Shown here: positions 1 to 12,978 of the stretch, in pieces
Position numbering within the stretch: position 1 is the stretch's first letter
How the letters are laid out: each line of letters opens with the position of its first letter
Assembly: GCF_006345805.1 (NCBI RefSeq)
Contig: NC_043008.1
Location: 47,182,001-47,246,000, forward strand
From: Octopus sinensis
Lineage: Eukaryota
Length of the DNA: 64,000 nucleotides
Direction: 5' to 3'
The notes under the pieces: model-generated
The model's database searches: none
What the model was told of the DNA's origin: nothing
Seen by the model: the letters and a program-made list of their open reading frames with translations, nothing else
Translations under genes and position numbers: made by a program

Positions 1-710
1 GTATGCATTTATGTTTGCATCACTATCTACCTATATATTTATCTATTTATCGCTCCTTCTTTCAGATATCATCAGCAGTATAACTGAAAAGAAAATATTG
101 CTCATGATATCACTAAAAAAGTAACATTATCCAGTTAGTACACATTCTGCTATTAAGCAAATAACAACTTTTTTATATTTTTTTTCCAAGATGTTATAAA
201 CTTAATGAGTGCTGGAAGATAAGTTACACAAAAACGTACTTAAATTCCAGAAGAAGCCTGTCATATATGAAATTGAATGTCGATGCGTCACAATCAGCGT
301 ACAGTATTTCAGAAATTGGAACTCTAATTAGAAAGAGTCGGTTGCAAGCAACATAGATGAAACTGCTAAAGTATTTCCATCAATTAGAAATAGTTAAGCT
401 CATAACCACAGAGCTGGACACCAACTTCATTTCTGGGTGAAATATTTTATTTTCAATATATGTAAGATCTGTTATGTATTGTATAATTTCATGGTTTACA
501 TAATCGTGATGTTTGAGTGCTTTGCAACTAGCGTAACATTAATAAATGTGGGGAAATATTCATCTTCGTGGATGTGAGCGAACTAGAGTTATGGCGGGTG
601 CCCAGCTTCAAACGAACGCACGACCGCGCTCACACGGGCACACACGTACCAACACACATATCACATCTAAGCATATAAGTATATGTTTCAGTGTGCGTGT
701 GTATGTGCGT

Positions 711-1022
<312 letters not shown>

Positions 1023-1434
1023 AAAGCTTCGCTCCAGTCATTGCATCTTTTCTCGCCTGCTGCTCTCTCAGATCTTCTCACGTTCTGTCATCTCTCTTGC
1101 ATTGAAACTTCATTCATACCATTTCCATTCATCTGCCATCTCTGATCAGAAGTTATGAAGAAAGTATTTAAACATAGCAGCAGTACACGGAAGGCCGATG
1201 GTATGACTTTAGGCCAGACACTTACTATTGACTGTATTTAACCAAAACTGCCTGATCGTTGGAACTTTTAGACTACAACGTACAACCAGTTTGCAATTAA
1301 TGCTTTCATTATGTTCGTTTAATTACTGTTCAGAATTTTCACGCACATACATATATATGGGGTGTGGTTGTTCGTGTGTATCTGTGTGCGTATTCACATA
1401 TATTAATCTATAGGTGTATATGTACATAAATATA

Positions 1435-1590
1435 GGTGCAAGCGTAGCCGTGTGGTAAAAAATTTGCTTCCCAACCACATGGTTCCGGGTTCAGTCACAT
1501 GGCGTCTCTTATGCAATAGTGTCGGCTTGACCGAAACCTATGTGTGGGTTTGGTAGACGGATACTGAAAGAGCTCCGGTGTATCCATCTA
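1435..1590 (+). mobile_element. tRNA-derived SINE family A, 5' half
   Basis: gtagccgtgtggtaaaaaatttgcttcccaaccacatggttccgggttcagtc matches the heads of the fuller copies at 8496, 22017 and 24124; ends in (TA)n. Confidence 0.8.
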
Positions 1591-1598
1591 TTTATATA

Positions 1599-1654
<56 letters not shown>

Positions 1655-1715
1655 ATAGATAGATACATACATACATATGTATGTATATATATATATATAA
1701 TATATATATATATAT

Positions 1716-2190
1716 ATGAAACTCAACAAGAATGAGATAAACCTCTTATTAAAAGGTTTCAAGTTTACCCCGACACCCACCCCTAATCTCATTGAACTGA
1801 AATCCGATACTGAACACTTCAACCTTCACCTCCGACTTATAGAATTCTTCAACAATAAAGATTTAAATGATGAATCAATAGCCGGAATTAATTCCCACTT
1901 CACCCCCTACAAGGGAAAGGAGAAATATTTAGACGCGTATATAGACACGATTTCCCCTAAATACCCACAAATACCCTAAATACCTACAAATGCAAGCAAA
2001 CCCTACGTAAAGAAGAAAAGAAAGTCTTACAAACACCGAAGACTGACAAAATCATCCGAAAAGAAGCCGATAAGGGGGGGGGGTTGATAGTAATCATGGA
2101 CAAGGACTCTTATAACGATAAAATATTGGAAATGTTAACAAACCAAACCCACAGCAAGGAAGAACCAAGACACTCAGAAAAAACGCAAAT
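1716..2190 (+). mobile_element. Penelope-like element, N-terminal ORF remnant
   Basis: Translates as LLLKGFKFTPTP, then after a frameshift IIRKEADKGGGLIVIMDKDSY. These match the L-KGLKF-PTP and IIK-ADKGG-IVIMD motifs upstream of the Penelope RT. Confidence 0.75.
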
Positions 2191-2567
2191 ACGTACATGA
2201 GAGTGTGTGAGTGTTTGAGTGTCCGTGTGTAATCAAGTGGTTGTGTGAGTGTGTATAAGTATATTCAGCTCTAGAACTAGTGTGATACGAAGATGGTAAC
2301 CCGAGGGTGAAATGCTACGTCATTTGTGCCAAGAATATCCGAATCAACAATTGTCAGTAATAATATAAGATAAAAGAACAGGGAAAAGAATAAGGTTTTT
2401 CGGGGAAGCTGAGCGACCAATTCATTCTTATGTGACGTGGATTTTCTCTGGCTTCCGTAATTTTCTTCTTTATAATGGTGCATGTTATGTATAACAATGA
2501 ACTCTGACGAGATTTCATAATATCCATAAGAGCGGTTCAACGGTGATTTTCTCAGGCTATGAAACTA

Positions 2568-3241
2568 CGAGGGAGGCCCAAAACTTATACGCACTCGTGC
2601 TTTTTCAATGTATTTACATAAAAGCGGAAGATAAACAAGTACGTCATTTTTCTATAAAGTCTCCTTTCTTTTTGATGTACTTGGTCCAGCGGTTCACGAG
2701 CTTACATATTCCCTGCAAGAAGTTTTTCGGTTGGTCGTGCAACCATTTAGGCACCGCTTCCTTCACATCATCCGTAGGAAATCGATCTCGTAAACCATTT
2801 TTGAGCAGTCCAAAGATATGACAGTCAGAAGGGTTGCGACGTGGGATGCAGGCAGGGTGCTCCAGCATCTCAAGACCGATTTGGTTAATGGTGTCTGGTT
2901 GGCTGTGTGTGGGTGCGCATTGTCATGCAACAAAACTTTCTTCAAGAATAGGCTTCGGCATTTGGTGCTAATTCCTGGCTTCAGCTTCTTGACCAGCAAA
3001 GCACTGCATCTTGCATTGTTAATCGTAAACCCTTTTCCAGAGAAATCGGATCACTGCTCTTTGTTCTCCTTTGGTCCACATTGCTGGCGGCCATGCTTAC
3101 GCTTGTAAAACCAAAATGAAAACTGGCGCGATCAGGCTCAAACATCGATCAGGTGACAACAATACTACCAACTATAAGCACGCATGCGTAGAAGGCAGTG
3201 ATGTTATGGCGAAAGTGCAGATAACTTTTGACTCCACCTCG
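2568..3241 (-). mobile_element. Mariner (DD34D) internally deleted element with both TIRs
   Basis: TA-flanked imperfect TIRs (cgagggaggcccaaaacttatacgcact vs revcomp cgaggtggagtcaaaagttatctgcact). Minus-strand motifs: LLHDNAHPHT, NPSDCHIFGLLKNGLR, KLVNRWTKYIKKKGDFIEK. Confidence 0.9.
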
Positions 3242-4441
3242 TAGCATATCTAATCATTTTGAATTTCAGATGAATTCTATGTAAAGAATATTCTACGTTC
3301 CTCGGTCTACCCGGCCGTGCTGAGGGAAAGCTATGATACGGTCTTCCTTCTTGGCACAGCCAATTTTAATTCATCACTCCAAACTTTCATTACAATTGCC
3401 TCACAAATATCCATAAACATTAATCTTCAAATATAATTGAACTATTCTAATGAATAATCGAAATATAATAAAGCAGTCACGTTCTGTGTACCTAAGAATG
3501 CTGTATTTGTTTAACAAATATTAAAAAATAAATTTTTTCAACAAAAGCTATTAGTATGGCTACATTTCTAAAAAGATATCTTTATAGAATAATTCGGATA
3601 TTAAATGTTATAATATTTGCTTAAATTTTCGATTTTGTTCTTATAATATAAAATTTTAACTTTCTATTTGTTTGAATAATTGCAAATTAAAATGCTTGAA
3701 TATAATTAAAATTTCGAACTCCACGCTTCCTTACATTCTTCCGTCTATAAACTTCACTCTCTTTATTTCCTATCGCATACTACTAAAACCGCCATTTATC
3801 ATATTTTCTCCGTTTGTCTTCTATATTTAAGACTTCCCAAATCTCTTTACTTTTGTTTGTCTCATATCTAGGGCACCATTCTTTGCACTGTCTCTGTCTC
3901 TTATTTAATATTAAGGCCTGATTTACCATCTTCTCTCTGTCTTACTGAATATTAAGGGATCCGTCTAACCCATTTTGTCTGTTGAACATTAAACCTTCAG
4001 TATACTTTTACTTGTTTAATGAATAAATCTATTCCACAATGTATTTCAACTAGTGAGACTAATGACTACTTCACGGTATTAATAGTAACCCTATTCGCTT
4101 GTTCTTGAAAACTTTATCCAAAAAACCTGAAAGCGTAGCCAGTGTAGTGTCTGTATCAAAAGATGAGTCAATCATCTGCTATACATCGAAAAGTGAAGGA
4201 AACAGGAATACGATGATTACATAATGCACTTTATATATATATTTTATTATACTTCAGGCACAATTTTATAGATTTCATACACAACACTTATAAAATAAAT
4301 ATTCGCTCTTATTTATCCATTTTTCCCATAAAGATAAGAAAATTTCATATCTAGAAAACAAAAAAATCTATAGCGAAAGAAATTACTTTATATGTAAAAT
4401 ATAGGTGTAAGAATTTCACGGAGGTAAAAATTTAATGCAAC

Positions 4442-4810
4442 ATAGCATACTCTGAAAATCACAACGTTGCTAACTTATAAGCGAAGGCGATGGGTCAGAG
4501 TCAATACACATTTGCGTCCACCTTTCAATCCAATACTTCTTTGCAAACTATGTTCTTTGTGTGTGTTCTCCCTCATCTTTCCCCTTGTTTGTCAGTGCTG
4601 ATAAATTTAACTTTCACATCAGATAATTTGCGAGCCCTTGAGAATGCAACATATAACTGACAATGACTGAATACAGGTTTACCAAGAACAACCCCACTTT
4701 ATCAAATGTCTGCTCTTGTGACTTATTGATAATCATTGCATATGTCAGGTGAACGGGAAACTGATTTCGTTCTGATGCGAATGACAAGTTTGGGATGCGC
4801 ATGCTTTAAG
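4442..4810 (-). mobile_element. Helitron 3' fragment (PIF1-type helicase C-terminus)
   Basis: RNQFPVHLTYAMIINKSQEQTFDKVGL matches RRQFP-RL-FAMTINKSQGQT--KVG. It ends with TKNIVCKEVLD* (stop 4525-4527), followed by a decayed agcaacg...gcta terminus near 4442-4471. Confidence 0.8.
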
Positions 4811-4920
4811 TGATAGGAGATATAAGAGAAAAATATATTTTACTATGCACTCACCGTCCCCACCCCATCAATATCACCACCACCATAATCTCTATCTCTC
4901 TCTATCTCTTGCCCTCTCTT

Positions 4921-4959
<39 letters not shown>

Positions 4960-6174
4960 GTCTTTAATCTCACCATCAGAACATCACTCCTCTGCTAAAA
5001 TTATATTCCTAAGTCTCTTCTATATCACTACCTTCAACTAACATTTTCAACCACGTAATAGATATTACTGTCCCACCACCACATGTCATGGACGCTTCTC
5101 TCTCCAGCTTTTCTCTCTCCCTCTTAATCTTTCTTCCTCACTTTTCCCCTTGTCCTCTTTCTCTCTCTTTTCTTCCCCCTTTTTTTCTCTACTCACATGA
5201 AGGCTTTACCGACGGGTTAAGTAACGCAACGACAAGAAGAATTATTATAAGATATTGTTTCCGCCGTTAAAAGCAACTTTTAGGTCCGTAAGTGCGTCTT
5301 TTACCACTTTAAATGAAGTTTAAGAGACGCATGCAGGAAATATGAGAAGCTCTATCAAGTAGCAGGGGTTTGTATTATGTCGCCTGCCTTAGCTTCTTGG
5401 TGTGGACTAAGTAAATTACTTACAAACAGTATAATATACCAAAGTGTATATTATTTAAAATATTTTTTCTTATTGATCGTGGTAGAGTGGATCCATTTTG
5501 CCAATATCAATTAACAACGTAAAATGCTTTCTATAATTGTGTCGCAGTCAGCCAAAACACTTTACTGACTGCTTAATAAAAATAGTTATGTATAGACTAA
5601 AAAACATGATTATTTTGTATATTTCATTTGTTAACTAATTAGATAAATTATTAAGGTCATGGAAAATGTGACTTGGCTACTGCTATCCCAGGGGCATTTA
5701 CTCCATGGAATATTAATAAAATAGATCTTGTCTGTAGAAATATAAGCCATTTCATTATTTCCGTTTTTATTAATCATCCTAGAAATATTAATGTGAAATA
5801 ATGAGAATATTTAATATCTGTAGTTTTGTGTGAAGCTAATCACCATCGTTTTTTAATTGTCCTTTGTTTTTACTTTCACATATAAAACTGCACAGGAGCT
5901 TGACTTATTTAATTAAAATGCCACTGGTGGCAAAATAGAATGAGGTATAATCAGGTTTATTTGATAATGTGTGGAATACGATGGTTTTCATTTCATATTC
6001 ATTCTGAAGAAGTTTCCAAAGAAAAAGTAGTGTCACCCTCTGGCAAATTTGATGAATGTTGATTGCTTCGACTCTGCCAACAGATGGCAGTTAGGAAGAC
6101 ACAACCCACAGGATTACCAGATGATTGATGTTTCGGGCTTTGCTGGAATTGTGATTCATCATCATCATTATTAC

Positions 6175-6695
6175 TAGGTGGGAAAGCAGCGCATACAATC
6201 AATGTGATACTGTAAAATAAATTTATCAGGTCCAATACAGCCAACATGAATATCTGTCTAGTGAGGGTACCTCAGGCACATGTATCACAACCCCATGTGC
6301 ACGTCATGGTAATCTCATATTAAGATAAATAGCGCATGACCTTAAAGGTTGAGCCAAGTTAGGATTTTCTTCAGGTCGAATTGTCCATCCCGCTCAAAAG
6401 TTCCTGAATAAAAGTTCTTTGAAGATGATGTTTCAAGGGGAAAAATACTTAAATTCAAAAGAATTATTCTCGACTCATAGCTACGATACTCACCCACTAC
6501 ACCTGAGAGCCACCAAGATACACATAGGGTCAGCCACCAAGAGAAATGCTCAGTTTGTTGTGGTCAAGCAACCAACAAACAAAACTATTCGCTGTAACCC
6601 ATCTTTTTAACTAAGACAAAACATGTACATCATAGCACTTCCAATCGATGAAGATCAGAAGCCATGAGAGCCACTGGTTGGAACTGCATCAGAAC
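6175..6695. mobile_element. Unclassified non-coding interspersed repeat, copy 1, flanked by (ATT)-type arrays
   Basis: Homologous to 6740-7100 (gggtac..ggcacatg.atcacaac; ttcaggtcgaat). Its terminus gatcagaagccatgagagcca...tgcatcag also occurs at 9199-9240. Confidence 0.7.
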
Positions 6696-6739
6696 ATTAT
6701 TATTATTAGTAGTAGTAGTAGTATTATTATTCTTATTAT

Positions 6740-7100
6740 TAATACTGTTTACCATCAAAGTGACCCTCGGGTGAAAATATATGAAGCCCAATACACCCAC
6801 CATGATTACCTATCTGATAAGGGTACACTGGGCACATGCATCACAACTATATGTGCGTGATTTGGTGATCTGATATGAAGATAAGCAGAGCGTGACCTTG
6901 TAGGTGGGGCCCAATGAGAATTTTATTCAGGTCGAATAACCCATTCCACTCAAAATGTCCCTGAATAAGGTCTTTTTAAGAATGATGAACAAAACACCAA
7001 TATTTCCAAAGGTGCATTATTCAGACTCGAAACAATTCCTCTCAACACACGGCTATGATGCTCCCTTACTGCTTCTGCTCGTGATTAGAGATGCACATAT
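6740..7100. mobile_element. Same unclassified repeat, copy 2 (truncated, joined to an R4/Dong fragment)
   Basis: Aligns by eye to 6205-6530 over about 330 bp. Confidence 0.7.
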
Positions 7101-7420
7101 CTTTTGATTTGCATAACCTACATTGGGAATCTACTTAGATTCTGTCCATCTTGGCTATTATCCAATTAGTCCTTAATGCTTGATCTTATGCTTCATCCGT
7201 CTTCATTTCAGCCGTTATTATTATTAGTCATGTCATTTGGTATGGCTACATCAATGATCTGACTGTATTTGTCTCTCTTATTCAAGATGACAATATCTGA
7301 CCGAGGGTGTCCGATTACACGATCCGTCTGAAAATCATTGACTTAGAGCATCGTTACTTTTCGTTCCTCTTGCATAACTTTACATGGTACATCCTCATAC
7401 CAGTTCTGTTACGTCATATT
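7101..7420 (-). mobile_element. R4/Dong-clade LINE fragment (zinc knuckle/restriction-like endonuclease region)
   Basis: DQALRTN...QCRLCK and WYEDVP...FQTDRVIGHPRSDIVILNKRDKYSQIIDVAIPND. Bases 7101-7190 are close to 32970-33060. Confidence 0.75.
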
Positions 7421-7448
7421 GGTATTTACGGCATAAGAACTAATGAAG

Positions 7449-7476
7449 ATTATTATTATTATTGTTATTATTATTA

Positions 7477-7516
<40 letters not shown>

Positions 7517-7517
7517 G
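7449..7517. repeat. (ATT)n microsatellite
   Basis: Directly visible. Confidence 0.95.
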
Positions 7518-8077
7518 GCAAGACGCCCTTACGGCCAGCTGCAATGATTTTAGTTAATAAAATCAAAATGGAGCAAATTGTTCTCTGCACTTATTCAGAA
7601 GATATTTTGGACACCGTAAGATTTTAAATCCTATTGACATAATGAAAACAAAATCGTATTTTTCTCAATACTAAGTTGTCTCTTTGGAGGTTTGTTTGCA
7701 AATATGGAGACTCTTACTGTAATTGTGGTATCCGCCCCAAACCAATAAGAAGAAATGTTGCCATTGAGCTCCAATAAATTAACTGAAAATACCATCGCCA
7801 AAAACAAATATATAGGACATTAAAGAGATGAACATAGAAAAAATACACTAACGGCCGCTTAACAAAACGATACGACTATTTGATCGTACAGCAAGCAAAA
7901 TAAACAAACAAGAACAGACAAATTTTGCCAAGTGATGCATTAATGAAATTACAGATAGGCGTATTAAAGGTATTGTGTGTCAATGAATTACTAAGATCTG
8001 TTGAATATGTCACATTCCGCCTCGAAATTTTATGATTATAACAGGTATTTAATGTCAGAATTTGCAAATGACTGGAG

Positions 8078-8376
8078 ATGACAGTTGAAAGAAGAGGAGA
8101 GAGGGAGGAGAGTGATGCGTCGACGAAGAAAAAGGGCGATGGCGTCTCACCCGTTAGCGATGCTACAAGAGTGCAAAGATCAACACCATCGCCAACATCA
8201 CAAACAACAAGGCTACCGCCACCACCGCCGCCGCCGCCACTTCCACTGCGAGCAACATCAGCAGCACCGAGCAGGATCGCAGCAACAACAGCGACAGCAA
8301 CATTAATGACAACAATAACCTTTCTTAGGAGAAACAGGGGAAAGTTTTTGACTAGGAAAACGAAAACACATCCTTC

Positions 8377-8416
<40 letters not shown>

Positions 8417-8620
8417 CCGGGACAGCACCGACAAGAAATCCAACGGAAATGGGTGGAACATTCTTTCGACATAGATTTTCTTCAATATTTGCATCGCGTG
8501 GCTGCGTGGTCAGAAGTTTGCTTCTCAACAGCATGGTTCCGGGTGCAGTCTACGTGGCATCTTGAGCAAGTGTCTTCTACTATAGCCTTGGGCCGACCAA
8601 AGTCTTGTGAGTGGACTTGA
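8078..8620 (+). other. Low-complexity 180-aa ORF (poly-Pro, poly-Gln) running into a SINE; coding status unsupported
   Basis: Built from CCG/GCA/CAA trinucleotide runs; the last ~40 codons are SINE sequence; no recognisable domain. Confidence 0.15.
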
Positions 8621-8878
8621 TAGACGGAAACAGAAAAGAAAAACTGTCATATATATGTGTGTGTTTCTGCGTCAACGTTTGTGCCCCATCACAGCTTTAC
8701 AAGTGTTGTTGGTGTGTTTACGTCCCCGTGCCTTAGCGGTTCGGCACAAGGCACCGATAGAATAAGTACCAGGCTTAAAAAACAGGGCCTGGGTTCGATT
8801 TACCCGACTAAAACCCTTTATGACGGTGCTCCAGCACGGCCGCAGTCAAATGACTGAAGCATATAAAAGAAATAATAA
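8496..8878 (+). mobile_element. tRNA-derived SINE family A, near full length
   Basis: A-box-like gtggctgcgtgg and B-box-like ggttccgggtgcagtc; cttgagcaagtgtcttctactatagcc core; internal (TG) tract; 3' gcacggccgcagtcaaatgactgaa with A-rich tail. From memory it resembles octopus OR-type CORE-SINEs (unverified). Confidence 0.9.
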
Positions 8879-8896
8879 ATGCTTGGTAATCTCGTG

Positions 8897-8910
8897 CTGC
8901 CACCTGGCGA
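8897..8910 (-). promoter_or_regulatory. CTCF-like motif (weak candidate)
   Basis: Revcomp tcgccaggtggcag matches 12/14 of CCASYAGRKGGCRS. Confidence 0.2.
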
Positions 8911-9241
8911 TAAAGATCAGGTCATAAAATGAACTGCGACCTTTAAGAGTCTGAAAAATAAGAACACACGGATCGAAAATCTGAGGTTACTGCACAGGCA
9001 GTAAATTGCTTGAAAGATAATTGGGGTTCGATTTGAAACGTGAAGAGAGGAAAAGTTTTCGGATCTGTCGTTTATTTGTGCCTAAGTTGCTTAACATCCA
9101 GTATCTCGGGATGATATTGGATGAGTAAGGTGATATTTTGAACTTGAAATCTACCCCGAAACAAAATTAGTTGTCATTCGGGGTGGAGAATCAGTTAAGA
9201 TCAGAAGACATGAGAGCCAATGCCTGGTATTGCATCAGGCC

Positions 9242-9244
<3 letters not shown>

Positions 9245-9303
<59 letters not shown>

Positions 9304-9690
9304 GTTTGAATTTCGCTTTGTATTTATACAAGTTGGCTCTAAGTCTCACCCCAAGACCTCAAGACACAACAAGTTAGAATTTCAAGTTGATGTCATGCCT
9401 AGCGTGTCATATATTTGGTTTTGCACTAAGTATTGTTCTGGAGAATGTTTACGAAAATAAGAAAATTATGAGTTTGTTTTAATACTTGAGATTACATAGA
9501 TTGTATTTTATGTAGGATATGAGCAGTTACCATGATCTCTATGTTTTGAATTTCTGCCATTTGGGGGTTTCCTGGTACCTGATATATAGCTAGGTAGGAG
9601 TCAGCCCCTTTTGCTATCATTCCTAGGGCACCTATGACAACCGGTATTATTTTAGGCTTGATGTTCCACATTTTGCCATTTTTTCCTTAC
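9245..9690 (-). mobile_element. R4/Dong-clade LINE 3' end with (TAA)n tail
   Basis: KMWNIKPKIIPVVIGALGMIAKG...TAHILHKIQSM*, then a 3' UTR ending in the (TAA)n array at 9245-9301. Confidence 0.85.
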
Positions 9691-9829
9691 ACCCTCTATA
9701 TGTCTATTTCATACTCTTGCTCTAAAGCTAATAGTAACAAACCATCCGGCGGGGTGAGCGAGATCTGAACATTTCCAGGACCCCAGGCGTAATTAGGCGA
9801 CTATAAATCAACTTTCTTAGATATACTTG

Positions 9830-10077
9830 CAGGACTATGTAGTAAGAGGTTTACTTGCCAAAAACATGTTTTCCGGTTCAGTGGTTTTGCAGAATACAAT
9901 GGGAAAGTCGGCTTCTTTAACCTCGAGTGTCAGTGTGTTTACGTCCCCGAAACATAGCGGGCTTTAAAGCAAGAAAAGTATACTGGGATCGATTTGTTCG
10001 AATAAAACTTCTTCAAGGCGATGCCCCAGCATGGCTTCAGCCCAATAACTGCAACGAGTAAACGATAAAAGATAATA
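9830..10077 (+). mobile_element. SINE family A, degenerate/deleted copy
   Basis: gtgtttacgtccccgaaacatagcgg ... ccagcatggcttcagcc match the family 3' half. Confidence 0.7.
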
Positions 10078-12206
10078 CTGTCTATGAAGTTTTGTGGGAA
10101 CTGATTTGTCTGAGTCTGTAGTGAAGAAAAGCCAATAAACTTCATTAAGAGACAAACTAAAACTCAAACTCAGTCGATGGAGCAAAGACCGTAAAAGAGT
10201 GAGATAAATATTGGCTTGAGCTTTTCGTTTTAGACGTATTACCTTTCTAGTCAGCTCAGCTGTGCCTCTCGAAAAGCAATTAAATATGCACAGACATCCA
10301 TTGCCTAATTCTTCTCTCTCCGATCTCCTTGATTGCAGAAACGTCATCGCATACAAAGCATCGTAGCATTCCGTACAGGCTCTGGACTCTATGGATCATT
10401 TCTAGAGAGAAACTTCCAAATAAGAACATTGCACTCTTATCACAAAAGCTCAATATTGAATTGTAAATCTTTAAAATCGGTTTTATGTTATAGTTGCAAA
10501 ACGAAATGTGTCTTCTAGCAATTACTGTAATTTCTACGACAATGCCAATAACTGAAAATAATATAATTATGTTGAAATAAAAGACACATGGAAAGGGAAA
10601 TATACATTTGGTATATCATATATTTTCTGGAAGGGCGGAATCTATGGACCGAACTTAGAAGTTCATTACGATATATTTTATTGTCGCTCATCTTTAGGGA
10701 AGAGTTTATCAAAACATAAAGAGCCCAACAGTAAGAGGCAACGGTGCAAAAGAAGGATTATCAAATCAATACCACACGTGTGCTTATTTTAGGAAATGGT
10801 GCGACGTTCAGTTGAGAGACAGGTTCCAAAGAACCTAAAAGTGAATACAATAAAATAGAAAATAAAAACATAACCAAACATCAAGTTAGGTAAAATAATC
10901 AAAATTTTTTTTTAATTAAATGAAACACAGAATCAAATATCGCAAAATTAATTAGCTAAACAGAGTACGTAATATATAGATGAAAGAAAGAGAGAGGAAG
11001 GAGCAGTATCGATGGTTTACTTTAATTGTTAAGAGGTAACGCAAAAACTAAGCTAATAGACCTGACTAATTTAAATGTATCAGTAATTAATTATCGTTAT
11101 GATATTCTCAATTCGAGGTTAACTGTTTGAACAAAAGTAAGTACGCAAACGGGAACAATTCTAATTATGGCGTTTAGAACTGATCGGCAAAAATATAGCA
11201 GGAATGTAACTGGGTAAGAGCCCTGCATATCTGAAGACCTTATGTAAAATATCTTGATTAACATTAATAAGCAAGCACAAAATGAAACCAGAACAGGACT
11301 GATTCCTGTATTCACTTTAGTCAGTTCAGGTGAAACAATATAAAAATGAAATTTAATTACATCTAACCTTCATTTATGACCAGTAACGCCCAATAAGGTT
11401 GTATTGTGAAAATGCTACTCTTGCGCAACACTTCAGACAAATGAATACAGGAACAGCAGGCATAATGAAGAAAAAAACACTTTTACTCTCAAACTTAGAA
11501 TCGTAACATTTTTCATCGAATCTTATTTTGAGGAGAGTTTTAATAGAGGAGAAAACCTTACCAAACAAAAGTAATGCAACACAGACACATTGGGCTGCGC
11601 GTTGAATGCACTCGGCAAAATGGAGTAGTAGCAGTAATATCAGTGAGTGTATGTATACATACACACACACACACACAGATAAATAAGAGGAAGGTTAGAG
11701 ATTGCGGGGTGGGGGTGGGTGAATATTTCTAGATATATTTTCATCGGTGCTCTATATTGCTGGTTTCAATAGTAATATTACGATAACAAATATACCAAAT
11801 GGAAACCAATTTGAAAGAGTTGTACTTCTATTGTCAACTACGAGATTTATGCTGACGTCACAATACAGGTTTGCAATTAATCAAAAACTCAATTCGCTTA
11901 ATCATATTAGAAAATACTTTTTGCCGTAATTGTATTTCCTGACTTGGTTTTATCTACGTTGTAGCCTTGGAATAAATTATCAATCACCTTTGAAGACACG
12001 AAAATGGCAAGCTTGGAAGAAATTAACAGACTTTCCTATTCAATGCTTCTTCAGGGATAATGACGGAATGCACAGAATTATAACCATATGAAAGATATTA
12101 AAAGTCGACATGAAATTAAATTTGCAGCAGGAATGTATACAGCATCAGGTCAGATGGAAAGCAATAATTACGTGAACATATCTGACAGGTTTTCACATTT
12201 TATACA

Positions 12207-12276
<70 letters not shown>

Positions 12277-12291
12277 TTACATACATATACA

Positions 12292-12356
<65 letters not shown>

Positions 12357-12777
12357 CACACATACATAGATTTACATATATATAATATATATAGATACAT
12401 ATATATATAAATAATATATATAGATACATATATATAATATATATATAGATACATATATATATATAATATATATAGATACATATATATATATATAATATAT
12501 ATAGATAGATAGATACATATATATATATATATAGTATATATAGATATATATAGATAGATAGATAGATAGATAGATATATAGTATATATAGTATATATAGA
12601 TAGATATATACATATATATATATATAGATACATATATATAATATATATAGATACATATATATATAGTATATATAGATACATATATATATATATATATAAT
12701 ACATATAGATACATATATATAATACACACACACACACATATATATATATATAATACATATATAGATATATATATATA

Positions 12778-12866
<89 letters not shown>

Positions 12867-12978
12867 ATATATATATATATATATATATGTAATATATATA
12901 GATAGATGCATAAATATGTATACACTATATATAGATAGATACATATATATGTATATATTATAGATATACATATATATG
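12207..12978. repeat. ~770-bp compound (TA)n/(TAGA)n/(CA)n microsatellite
   Basis: Directly visible; source of the ORFs at 12168-13018. Confidence 0.97.

Noticed and set aside
7876-8472. 198-aa minus ORF with poly-Cys/poly-Gly
   Set aside because: Antisense reading of CAA and CCG repeats; no domain.
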